Shown piece by piece: positions 42,901-51,384 of a DNA stretch of 64,000 bases. Each line of letters begins with the position of its first letter. Position 1 is the stretch's first letter. The DNA comes from Acidobacteriota bacterium (GTDB taxonomy: Bacteria; Acidobacteriota; UBA6911; RPQK01; JAJDTT01). The stretch spans positions 1,312,001 through 1,376,000 of the forward strand of contig OZ242374.1 of NCBI GenBank assembly GCA_965209055.1. Direction: 5' to 3'. The notes under the pieces are model-generated. The model did not search any database and had not been told where the DNA came from. It saw nothing but the letters and a program-made list of their open reading frames with translations. Both the position numbers and the translations under genes were made by a program.

Positions 42901-45274
42901 GCCGGTGTTCGGGGAGCCGGCCTATGCCTTCGAACTGCGCGAGAACCTGGATGGCCGCCAACGACCCGTGGCCCTCGGTCTCGTGACGGCGTCGGATCCG
43001 GACGGCGACGAGGTGACCTACGCGTTGCTGTCCGGCGACCGCGAGCGTTTCGCCATCGGGGCGCAAAACGGCGCCGTCACCTATGCCGGTCCGGGGGAGG
43101 ACTTCGAGTCGGAGCCGAACCGGTACGAGCTGACGGCCCGGGCCCGCGACCCCCACGGGGCGGAGGCGAGAGTTCCGATTGTGGTGACGGTGACCAACCT
43201 GAATGAAGCGCCGGAGGCAAAGGACGACGAGGCGCGAACGGAGGAGGACCAGCGAGTCACGGTGGACGTGCTGGCCAATGACACGGATCCGGACGGCGAC
43301 GCCCTGCACGTCGAGAGCGTCTCGGCCCCGGAGCACGGGACGGCGAGGTCCGTCTCCGGGGGCGTGGCCTATACGCCGGAGGCGAACTACCACGGAACGG
43401 ACCGGTTCACCTATGTGGTCTCCGACGGAGCCGGCGGGACGGCGGAAGCGGCCGTGGAGGTGGTCGTGGTGTCGGCGAACGATGCGCCGGTGACCGTCGG
43501 GACGATTCCGGATCAGGATCTGGACGAGGGCGGTTCGGAGGTGACGGTGGAGTTGGGCCGGTACTTCCACGACGCCGACGGGGACCCGCTGATCTTCCGC
43601 GCGTCGTCGTCGGATGCGCTGGTGGTGACGGTGGGGGTGAGCGGAGAGACGCTGACTCTGACGCCGGTGGAATACGGGAGGGCGACGGTCCGGGTGACGG
43701 GGGAGGACCCGGATGGGATGAGGGCGACGCAGACGTTCGGGGTGGGGGTGAGCGACCGGCTCGTGCGCGCGGTGGTGGAGGATACGCTGGCGGCCCTGGC
43801 GCGGTCGCATCTGGCGAGCGCACGGATGACGCTGGGGCGTCGGGCGGCGGCGGGCCCGGGGCGGCGGACCGAGCTGACGGTGATGGGACGGAGGGTGCCG
43901 CTGAGCCGGGCGGAGGCGGAGCGGTTCATGTCGGGCGGCCGGCCGTTCGCCGGCCGGTATTCGAACCCGGCGAGGCGGCCCGGGTTGGGGTCGTTTGGCG
44001 GCGGCGCGATGGGTGTGGCGCCGGGAGGAGATCCTGAGTGCCCGATGGGGCCGGGCGCCGGTGCGCAGCGGGACTGCGCCGGGAGGCGCGGGAGGCCGGG
44101 AAGCCCTGTCGGGTACGGAGGAGACGGTCTGGGGCCGGACCGGTGGCTGAGCGGCACGGAGTTCGTGGTGGCTTGGGGCGGAGGCGAGGCGGCGGACGAA
44201 CCGGCGCGTCCCGGGAGGCGCTGGCAGGTGTGGGGCCAGGGGGACCTCCAGACGTTTCAAGGGGCGCGGTCGGCGGCGGTGGGCTACGGCGGCGACCTGC
44301 GGACCGGGTACTTGGGACTGGACACGTGGCTGTCGGAGAGCTGGTTGGCGGGAGTGGCGCTGGCGCGCAGTCAGGGATCGGGCGACTGGCGCGTGGGCGG
44401 GTCGAGCGGCTCGCTGGCGGCAACGCTGACGGCGGTGCACCCGTACCTGCACTGGTCGGACGGGAGGACGTCGTTCTCGGCGCTGGGCGGCGGAGGCTGG
44501 GGCGAAGTGGAGAACGTGCGGCGGAGCGGTCGCCTGGGAACCAGCGGTCTGGGCCTGGGACTGGGACTGGTGGAGGTGCGGCGGCGCTACGGCGCGGCGG
44601 GCGGCCGGGCCGAGATCGGTCTGCGGGGGGACGCGGCGTGGGCGCGGCTGGCCACCGGGGCGGGGGAGGAGACCATCGACGCGCACCGGGTGGGGGTCAG
44701 CCAGGCGCGCTTCGGCACGGACGTGTCGCGTCCGGTGCGGATGAAAAACGGACTGGCGCTGGCGCCGTTCGTCGAGGCGCACGTGCGGCGCGACGGCGGG
44801 GCGGGACAGACGGGGACCGGCCTGGAGTTGGCCGGCGGCCTGCGGGCGGCTGGGGGCCGGGTGCGCGTCGACGCCCAGGGGCGGATGCTGGTGCTGCATT
44901 CGGCCGCGGGATATCGCGAGCGAGGAGTCGGGGTGACGCTCAGCGTGGGGAGCCGGCACCAAGGCCTGTCGCTGTCGCTGTCGCCGCGCTGGGGAGATCA
45001 GGCCAACGGCGGCGGCAGACTCTGGCAGGAGCAGGTCTACCGCGGCTACCGGGGCGGCGCCGAACCGGCCGACTGGGGCGTGGACGCCGGCGCCGGCTAT
45101 GCGGTGCGGCTGCGGCCCGACCGCCTGCTGACCTGGTTCTGCTCCTACAGCCAGTCATCGTACGGACCCGGCCTGGTCGTCGGAGTCCGGGTCGGCGGTT
45201 CCGGTGACCGGCTGTCCCACCCGGCCCCGGCGAGAAACGCCGTCTACGGGTCGCCCGGTCCGGGCATGCGATAG
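39914..45274 (+). CDS. Large adhesin-like autotransporter (Calx-beta/Ig-like repeats, FN3, two PKD-like, cadherin, Big_9-type, C-terminal beta-barrel)
   Basis: Signal peptide ending AHA-Q (true start perhaps GTG 40034); repeated P.SLTFT..NW...Q.VTV, NRPP..ASDPDGD.LTY.W, NEPPVF..ASDPDGD, N.AP.A.DD..DVLANDTDPDGD; C-terminal amphipathic strands from VWGQGDLQ. Confidence 0.85.
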   Translation: MGFAGAQEPRSSVTAAVGRARGKTSRAGREPANDSRTPWGVSRTFRAGAVGFGFTVVLAGAFGVDVAHAQSLSPSTASVNVNEPDGTSSYTIALSSEPTGNVVLAVASGDTSVATVSPSSLTFTATNWNTPQEVTVTAVDDDLATPVVRTTAITHTASGANFDGVTAQVAVQVGNDDQAGVRAGSGAYAINGGEDNQVVMPIWITSEPTGNVTVTLSVEDETVASVSPASVTFTPANWRDRVDITITGVANDVHDPDHRKTSISFTVSGADYDGMTRPAVSVTVVDDDQRTFRVTDQSFALSENGGHKVLSIWITSEPTGNVTVTLASQDTSVATVNPTSVTFTPSNWKQRAEITVTAVDDDIYNRPQRRTQIVVTISGADYDMVTTSPIRVTAADDEPVPVSVPEGRAFSYGLRTTLRQGEGSVSLEVTSSDPEVVAIDPETRILTWTEAASGTEMRVRASTVDNDALGNGFAIISHRYTQPRDPDIPLVQGLAITVTDDDVPAVTVAPTDLLVVTGATRTYSVVLDVEPNADVTVTASSGNAGVATVLPASLTFTPSDWNVAQTVTVTGVGAGSAAISHGASGGAYDGAAIDDVAVTVVDSLKRMDVTTSATHDEITLTWPRVEGAAGYELEIQGPGVFRTSKTTARRKAWRGLSPNTPYDLRAIPLTGLGQDGSHVTGYIWWEGTETTTGAPGEPGLVFSRTDVPVDEGSTAGYTVALATQPGAEVLASITGMGRGIGAGPASLAFTTANWSTAQTVTVTAAQDSNTTSETVTLTHTASGGGYDGVTGDVTVRTNDDDTRPPRGNRPPTVTASCNPCRVAPGGEVRLTASASDPDGDPLTYTWSAPRGGFSGAASAATAFWRAPDATGTVTVRVVVSDGRGGTASAVVTVRVVRSNPPPGENRPPTVTASCDPCVVAPGGEARLTATASDPEDDPLTYRWSAPQGGFMGAADAATARWRAPEATGPVTIRIEVSDGRGGTASAEVVVEVVNEPPVFGEPAYAFELRENLDGRQRPVALGLVTASDPDGDEVTYALLSGDRERFAIGAQNGAVTYAGPGEDFESEPNRYELTARARDPHGAEARVPIVVTVTNLNEAPEAKDDEARTEEDQRVTVDVLANDTDPDGDALHVESVSAPEHGTARSVSGGVAYTPEANYHGTDRFTYVVSDGAGGTAEAAVEVVVVSANDAPVTVGTIPDQDLDEGGSEVTVELGRYFHDADGDPLIFRASSSDALVVTVGVSGETLTLTPVEYGRATVRVTGEDPDGMRATQTFGVGVSDRLVRAVVEDTLAALARSHLASARMTLGRRAAAGPGRRTELTVMGRRVPLSRAEAERFMSGGRPFAGRYSNPARRPGLGSFGGGAMGVAPGGDPECPMGPGAGAQRDCAGRRGRPGSPVGYGGDGLGPDRWLSGTEFVVAWGGGEAADEPARPGRRWQVWGQGDLQTFQGARSAAVGYGGDLRTGYLGLDTWLSESWLAGVALARSQGSGDWRVGGSSGSLAATLTAVHPYLHWSDGRTSFSALGGGGWGEVENVRRSGRLGTSGLGLGLGLVEVRRRYGAAGGRAEIGLRGDAAWARLATGAGEETIDAHRVGVSQARFGTDVSRPVRMKNGLALAPFVEAHVRRDGGAGQTGTGLELAGGLRAAGGRVRVDAQGRMLVLHSAAGYRERGVGVTLSVGSRHQGLSLSLSPRWGDQANGGGRLWQEQVYRGYRGGAEPADWGVDAGAGYAVRLRPDRLLTWFCSYSQSSYGPGLVVGVRVGGSGDRLSHPAPARNAVYGSPGPGMR
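40515..40890 (+). repeat. Exact 46-bp intragenic direct repeat (40515-40560 and 40845-40890)
   Basis: ccatctggatcacgagcgaaccgacgggcaacgtcacggtgacgct occurs twice, 330 bp (110 codons) apart. Confidence 0.9.
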
Positions 45275-47598
45275 CCGACGCCGCGCACGTTGAAGATGTA
45301 GGTTGGGTCGGCCGCGGCGTCCCCCAGCTTGCGGCGAAGCCTCCTGATAACCGCGCGCACCAACGCCGGGTCGCCGTAGCCCCGGTCCCGCCCGCTCCAC
45401 GCCCGGCGGAGCAGGGAACCGTAGGCCACGACGCGCCCCGCCTTTTCCGAGAGCATGCGGAGCACTTCAAACTCGGTCGCCGTCAACTCCACGACACGCC
45501 CGGCCACGGTGACTTGGCGATCGTCGTAGCCGATGGACAACTCCCCGAGCTGGAAGGGTTCGGCAAAGGATCCCCGCCGCAGCGCCGCCCGCACCCGCGC
45601 CGTCAACTCCGTCGGCGAAAAGGGCTTGACGATGTAGTCTGCGGCTCCCGAATCCAGGGCCTTGGCGATGGTCTCTTCCCTTCCGTAGGCCGATATGAAT
45701 ATGACCGGCAGGTCCTCCATCTCGGCGACGCGCTCCATCAATTGAATGCCGTCGATGCCGGGCAGCAGCAGATCCAAGAGGACCAGTTGGGGTTTGTGCG
45801 TCCGCATGAGACCGGGTAGCTCCCGCGGATCGCCCGTGACCAGTGGCGTGTAGCCGGCCACGGTAAGCACGTCCCGAATGTAGTGCAGTATCTGCGGATC
45901 GTCGCCCAACACGAGGATCCCGCCCCGCTCTCGTGCTCGGTGATTCGTGATTGACCGGCTGCGGGTGGCGCTCCCCCCGATTCCTTCGGCCACGGGCAAC
46001 GTGAAGGTGAACTGCGTGCCCCGGCCCACCCCGCCGCTCTCGGCCCAGATGCGGCCTCCATGCGCCTCCACGAGCCCCTTGCAGATGACCAGGCCGAGCC
46101 CGGTAGCGGCGCGGCCCCGGCCGCCGGCCGCGAGGCCGGTGTATTTCTGGAACAGGTATGGCAACCGGTCCTCCGGCACTCCCTCGCCCTCGTCGGCGAC
46201 CGAGACCGCCACGTGAAGACCCTCCCGCACCGCGGCGACCCGGATCGGAAACGCATCGAACGAGTGCCGGGCCGCGTTGGACAAGAGGTTGTTCAGCACC
46301 TGCACGATGCGCCGCCGGTCGGCCATCACCGGAGGCAGATCTTCCGGCAGGTCGATGCGAACCGCGTGCCGGCTTCCGATGCTCAGGAACGTGTTCTTGG
46401 CCTGGTCTACCAAGCCGGCCAACTCCGCCGGCTCGGGCGAGACCGACAGCGTGCCCGCCTCGATGCGTCCCTGATCCAACAGGTCGCCGATCAGGCCGCG
46501 CATGTGATCGGCCTGCTCGTCGATGACCCGGAAGAACTGCAGCATCTCGGCCGGACCCGGAACCGGTGCGGTGCCCAGCACGGTGGCCGTTGAGCCTTTG
46601 ATCGAGATCAGTGGCGTCCGCAGTTCGTGGCTCACCATGTTCAGAAACTGGGCCCGCATCCGCTCCAGCTCCTCCAGCGGCGCCAGATCCTGCATGGTGA
46701 CGACCAGCGACTCGACCCTGCCGTCCGCCGACCGGATCGGCGTCGCGTTGAGCAGCGTCCTCACGCTGCGGCCGTCGGGGACCGAAAGCACGATCTCCTC
46801 GGCGCGCACCGTCTCCACGTCGTTCCGCCACTGTGTCGCCAACGGGAATTCCGCCAGCGCGATCTCTCGCCCGTCGGCGCGGCGGCACGTCATGATCTCC
46901 AGCAGTTGCTCCACGGAACCACCCGGCATCTGCAGGCCCCCGACAATCCGTTTCGCCTCCCGGTTGAACGACACCGGATCACCGGTCTTCGCGTCGAAGA
47001 CCACCACCCCGACCGGTGAAGTGTCGACCAGGGCCTTAAGATCGGCCCGGGCGCGCTGCTCGTCCCGGTAGATCCGTGCGTTGGCGATCGCCGCCGCCGC
47101 CTGCGCCGCGAACAGGACGAGGACCTCTTCGTCCTCACTCGTGAACTCCCGTCCACCCTCTTTCTCAGCGAGAAAGAAGGTGCCCACGTGCGCGCCGCGA
47201 TGGCGCATCGGCGTTGCCTGCAGGGTCCGATACGGCAGCAGCTCGGTGGAAAAGCCCAGCGATCGGACGTAGCCGGGCAGGTCCGCGATCCTCACCGGGC
47301 CCGGAAGGTCCCGGAGGTACTCGAAGAGCCGCCGCCCGTCAGGCCACTCCGCCAGGTTCCGCTCCTCATCCGCCGGTATGCCGGAACTCACGAACTCCTG
47401 GGGGTGACCCGCCCTGTCGACGGTGGTGATCACTCCGTGGCAAGCGGAGGTCAGGGAGCGGGCGCTGTCGACGGCCTCCTGCAGGACAGTGGCGAGATCG
47501 AGACTCGAGCTGGCGCGAAGCACCGCCGCGTACAGCCTGGATACGCGCTCCCGCAACGCCTCGATTTCCGGCCGAATCTGGTCAGAATCCTTCTTCAT
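45244..47598 (-). CDS. Soluble hybrid sensor kinase/response regulator: GAF-PAS-HisKA-HATPase-REC-OmpR winged helix
   Basis: GAF (EFTSEDEEVLVLFAAQAA), PAS (SPVGVVVFD..N), H-box SHELRTPL, N-box NLLSNA, DEGEG, GLGL, REC (LLD, ISA, KPF), wHTH (LTATEF..L, IRRLRRKLG, VRGVGY). No transmembrane segment. Confidence 0.9.
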   Translation of the reverse strand: MKKDSDQIRPEIEALRERVSRLYAAVLRASSSLDLATVLQEAVDSARSLTSACHGVITTVDRAGHPQEFVSSGIPADEERNLAEWPDGRRLFEYLRDLPGPVRIADLPGYVRSLGFSTELLPYRTLQATPMRHRGAHVGTFFLAEKEGGREFTSEDEEVLVLFAAQAAAAIANARIYRDEQRARADLKALVDTSPVGVVVFDAKTGDPVSFNREAKRIVGGLQMPGGSVEQLLEIMTCRRADGREIALAEFPLATQWRNDVETVRAEEIVLSVPDGRSVRTLLNATPIRSADGRVESLVVTMQDLAPLEELERMRAQFLNMVSHELRTPLISIKGSTATVLGTAPVPGPAEMLQFFRVIDEQADHMRGLIGDLLDQGRIEAGTLSVSPEPAELAGLVDQAKNTFLSIGSRHAVRIDLPEDLPPVMADRRRIVQVLNNLLSNAARHSFDAFPIRVAAVREGLHVAVSVADEGEGVPEDRLPYLFQKYTGLAAGGRGRAATGLGLVICKGLVEAHGGRIWAESGGVGRGTQFTFTLPVAEGIGGSATRSRSITNHRARERGGILVLGDDPQILHYIRDVLTVAGYTPLVTGDPRELPGLMRTHKPQLVLLDLLLPGIDGIQLMERVAEMEDLPVIFISAYGREETIAKALDSGAADYIVKPFSPTELTARVRAALRRGSFAEPFQLGELSIGYDDRQVTVAGRVVELTATEFEVLRMLSEKAGRVVAYGSLLRRAWSGRDRGYGDPALVRAVIRRLRRKLGDAAADPTYIFNVRGVGYRMPGPGDP

Positions 47599-48158
47599 TG
47601 TCCCCCCTGATCGATGTCCCGGTGCGCCTCGGCTTGCGGCCAACGGGCCGGGCACCGCGCAGTTGGCCAAAATACCACGGTATTATCACAAACAGAACGT
47701 GATCTATCCTTATAATATCACGAATGGGTCGGTATCATAGGCCTTAATGGCGTTGCTTGATCCTCTCCTGGTCTGCAGCCGGAAGATGCACCGACCGCTC
47801 GTGGCGGCGAGACCTCGGACAAGTAGAGCCTTCGATGGGCCGGCAGGTGTTCTCGTCACAAGGTGGTTTCCACTCTCTCTCCGCCTTCCTTCCCGAGCCG
47901 CTGCCGGCCCTCCAGTTGGGCGGCGGCGAGTCAACCGGGTCAAGCTCCCGAGTGCTAGCGTCCTCTAATTTGATCCGGCCTCCAGCCACTTGCTGCCGCC
48001 CCCCCGGATCCGGCGGGAATCCGTCATGGGCAGAAGGTCGAACATGGGCTGAAAAGAAGAAGGAAGGTCCCGATTCACTTGGCACTCACTACGACGATGG
48101 CAACAACAAGCCAGTCACTCTCGACTTGCGAGATCCTGAAATCGAGGGGGGAGCTGCG

Positions 48159-51100
48159 ATGAACTGCCCAAATGGATCGATCGGGAGCATTCTCTTTTTG
48201 AAGACCGCCGGATCGAAGATCTTCAAGGCCGGCGTGCTGACCCTGGCCACCCTGACCGTCCCCGGCACATTTGCGGCGGACACGCCGACGAACTCCATCA
48301 AAGAGGTTTCGACCACGGTGCGCAATCAGATCCTCGTGGAACTCCGGCCCGGGGACACCACTCCCGCCAACCTGTTCGACCTGAACGCGAAAACGCTGGT
48401 CTTTACGCCGGACGGCGGCGGACAGTATTCCCGAGAGATCACAGCCCTCCAGTGGGAGGAAGACATCGGAATGCCGGTGGGCGACGGGGACAGGATTTCG
48501 CTGGAGAACTTTGACTTCGATTTTGCCGGTCAGAGGTGGGACGCTTTTTTTGTCAACAGCCATGGCGTGGTGACTTTCGGAGGACCGCTGAGGGAACCCT
48601 GGTGGGGTGGCGAGCCGCTCCGCGAAATCGCCAACCGTTTCATCACGGCTCCGACCATCAGTCCACTGTTCTGGCCGGTTGTGCGCTGGAACGTCGTCAA
48701 TGTGGTCAAGTGGGCGTACAACGCCTCGCTCCTGAATGTCGCACATTGGCCGGACCGGGTGGTTGTGACATGGATCACGACATACAGCAACTATTGGGTG
48801 CATGACGTCCCACCGGAGAGACCCGCCCGAGTCCAAGCCGTTTTGCGGGCCGATGGCAAAATCGTGTTCAGCTATGTCGACGTCAGTTTCGACCATGGCA
48901 TCGTTGGCGTGTTTCCGGACTCCGGAACCCAGCCTGCAACGATCGATCTGTCGCAATCCGACAGCCGTGTCTTGCGGACGCCCGGTGAGGTATTTCATTA
49001 CCCAAGCCGGCCTGATCTTGGTGAAATCTCCTGCCGCATCATTGACGCTCTCGGGGACAACTTCGATCTTTTCGTCTTCCACAGCGCGTCCCCCTTCGAT
49101 GGAGACGGGCAATCGTGGTGTTCCGTCGGAGAACATGCCCAAGGAATCGGGTTGCGGGGTCCTCCTTCGTCCCATCTGCCGTGTGGCGAAAGTCGTGTCA
49201 AGGGCCAAATGTGCAATGTCCTGTGGATGCAGTCTCACAATGTCTTCGATGCGAGAAGGAACCGCCCGTTCAGAGGCGCCAAGTACATCTTCACCCACGA
49301 AGTTGCGCACACTTGGGGTGCTTTTGTCTCGTACGACAGGGACGGGCAGCGCCAGCAGTTGTCCGAAGGTCCCCACTGGCCGCGTTGGCTTCATACGCCG
49401 GCAGCATTCCATCCCCCCGGCAATCCGGCGGATTTCGGCTTTTCCGTTCTGGGCGGTTTTTATTGGCGCGACAACGGGGACGGCACGTACACGTCCGAAT
49501 TCGGCCGATGGGGCAACCTCGCCTTCTCCTGGCTCGACCTCTATCTCATGGGATTGGCGGCGGCGAGCGAAGTTCCGGATCTGTTCATCCTGCGCAACCC
49601 GAAGCCGGTGGACGGCAGGAGACCCACGTACAGGGCAGAAAAAGAGACCATTTCAATCGAGCAGATCATCGCGGCCGAAGGCCCGAGGAAACCAAGCGCG
49701 GCACAGTCGCAAAAGGACTTCAACGCCGGGTTCGTCTATTTGCTGGAGGCGGGTCAGGCTCCCTCCGGGAGTCTGCTGGATCTACATGCGAGGCAGCGCG
49801 ATGAGGTGGTCGACCATTGGGCCCTCATCACAGGCGGAAGATCCCGGCTCACCACCAGTGTCGGACCCCGGATCACCAAGGAATTTTCGCATTTTGCCAA
49901 CGGCGCATGGAACGACCAATCCACCACCTCCGATCTGGTGCTGTTGAATGTCGCCCCCTCGACGGTCTCGCCGACCGTCTACTTCTACAATCCGATGGGA
50001 GAACTCATCGACCCGAGTCAAGTGGTGGACGTGACTGACGATCTTGAGACCACGGCGGACGGAGGCGTCACGGCGGCGATCGTGTCCTCCGGAGAGTTGA
50101 CGATCCCGACCCACGGACGAGGGCCGTTGGTGACCGGCTCGGTGAAGGTGATCTCCGACGGTCTCATCGGCGGAGTCCTGCGCTTCAACGACTCGGTGGC
50201 CGGCGTCGCCGGCGTGGGGGCAGGACGTCCCGTCAACGATGCCGTCTTCCCCGCCCGCCGCCAAGTGGGCGGCATCAACACCGGGGCGGCGATTCGGAAC
50301 CCGGAAACGGAGCCGATGACGGTGACCTGCCGGTTGATGCAAGGGGGCGAAGTGTTGGAGACGGCGAAGATCAAGCTCGAGGGCGACGGGCAGAAGGCGC
50401 GGTTCATCCACGAGTTGTTTCCGGACACCGATACATCCGACTTCGTGGGCTCGGTGCGTTGCGCCGCGCCTCCGGGCAAGAAGTTCACCGGAGTCGCCTT
50501 GGAGCTGGACGCCGCCAGCCGGATCTTCACCACGCTGCCTCTGATACCGGTGGGGGATGTTCATCAGGATACCAACCTGCACTTCGCGCACTTCGCCGCC
50601 GGGGACGCCATCACCTCCGACCTGGTGTTGGTGAACGTGGGTGCGGCCGCCGTCCGGCCGGCCATCTATTTTCACGATCCCCAAGGCCGTCTCGTGGAGG
50701 CCGCAACGGTCGTGGACGTGACCGGCGATCTGATAATCACCGACGAAGGCGCCCTGACCCTCGGGACGGGGAAGATCCCGCCCCTGGGCGAGTGGACGGT
50801 TTCCACCGTCGGGACCGGAAAACTGACGGTCGGCTCGGTGAAGGTCGTCTCCGACGGTCCCCTCGGTGGGGTGCTGCGCTTCGACTCTCCGTCCGGCGTG
50901 GCCGGCGTGGGGGCCAGTCAGCCGGTTGCAGCGGCCGTGTTTCCGGCCCGCCGCCAAGTGGGCGGCATCAACACCGGGGCGGCGATTCGGAACCTGGAAA
51001 CGGAGCCGATGACGGTGACCTGCCAATTGATGAAAAAGGGGGTGGTGCTCGAACGGAGGGAGCTCGCGTTGAAGGGCAACGGCCAAGCGGCTCGATTCGT

Positions 51101-51254
51101 CGACGAGATGTTCCCCCGGTCAGACACTTCCGGATTCGTGGGCTCGGTGGTTTGCGCCGCTCCGGAGGGCGGGAGGTTCGCCGGAGTGGCCCTGGAATTG
51201 GATGTCGTCAATCGCATCTTCACCACGCTGCCCCTGGTGCCGGTTCCGAGGTGA
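48159..51254 (+). CDS. Secreted nidogen(NIDO)-like / zinc metallopeptidase protein with duplicated C-terminal beta domain
   Basis: Signal-like N-terminus; FDFDFAG..W...FVNSHG.VTFG..ISPLF NIDO-like motif; HEVAH zinc motif; FSWLDLYLMG; two ~230-aa repeats starting F.HFA.G...SDLVL.N. Confidence 0.7.
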   Translation: MNCPNGSIGSILFLKTAGSKIFKAGVLTLATLTVPGTFAADTPTNSIKEVSTTVRNQILVELRPGDTTPANLFDLNAKTLVFTPDGGGQYSREITALQWEEDIGMPVGDGDRISLENFDFDFAGQRWDAFFVNSHGVVTFGGPLREPWWGGEPLREIANRFITAPTISPLFWPVVRWNVVNVVKWAYNASLLNVAHWPDRVVVTWITTYSNYWVHDVPPERPARVQAVLRADGKIVFSYVDVSFDHGIVGVFPDSGTQPATIDLSQSDSRVLRTPGEVFHYPSRPDLGEISCRIIDALGDNFDLFVFHSASPFDGDGQSWCSVGEHAQGIGLRGPPSSHLPCGESRVKGQMCNVLWMQSHNVFDARRNRPFRGAKYIFTHEVAHTWGAFVSYDRDGQRQQLSEGPHWPRWLHTPAAFHPPGNPADFGFSVLGGFYWRDNGDGTYTSEFGRWGNLAFSWLDLYLMGLAAASEVPDLFILRNPKPVDGRRPTYRAEKETISIEQIIAAEGPRKPSAAQSQKDFNAGFVYLLEAGQAPSGSLLDLHARQRDEVVDHWALITGGRSRLTTSVGPRITKEFSHFANGAWNDQSTTSDLVLLNVAPSTVSPTVYFYNPMGELIDPSQVVDVTDDLETTADGGVTAAIVSSGELTIPTHGRGPLVTGSVKVISDGLIGGVLRFNDSVAGVAGVGAGRPVNDAVFPARRQVGGINTGAAIRNPETEPMTVTCRLMQGGEVLETAKIKLEGDGQKARFIHELFPDTDTSDFVGSVRCAAPPGKKFTGVALELDAASRIFTTLPLIPVGDVHQDTNLHFAHFAAGDAITSDLVLVNVGAAAVRPAIYFHDPQGRLVEAATVVDVTGDLIITDEGALTLGTGKIPPLGEWTVSTVGTGKLTVGSVKVVSDGPLGGVLRFDSPSGVAGVGASQPVAAAVFPARRQVGGINTGAAIRNLETEPMTVTCQLMKKGVVLERRELALKGNGQAARFVDEMFPRSDTSGFVGSVVCAAPEGGRFAGVALELDVVNRIFTTLPLVPVPR
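50253..51024 (+). repeat. 79-bp near-exact intragenic repeat (50253-50331 and 50946-51024)
   Basis: One mismatch in 79 nt, offset 693 bp (231 codons). Confidence 0.88.
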
Positions 51255-51384
51255 GGCCGCTCCGCACCCACCGGACAGTCCTCCGGGATGCGGGAACGGC
51301 CGCATTCCGTGATGACTGTTGCCAGGGGCTGTTGGTGTTTCTCGGACGCCTGCGCTCCTGCACTCTTTTGTTGGGAGAAGTGCG

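Noticed and set aside
39697-47322. Kinase repeat pair as a DGR or as prophage att sites
   Set aside because: Mismatches involve all bases, the repeat is coding-derived, and there is no RT or integrase.
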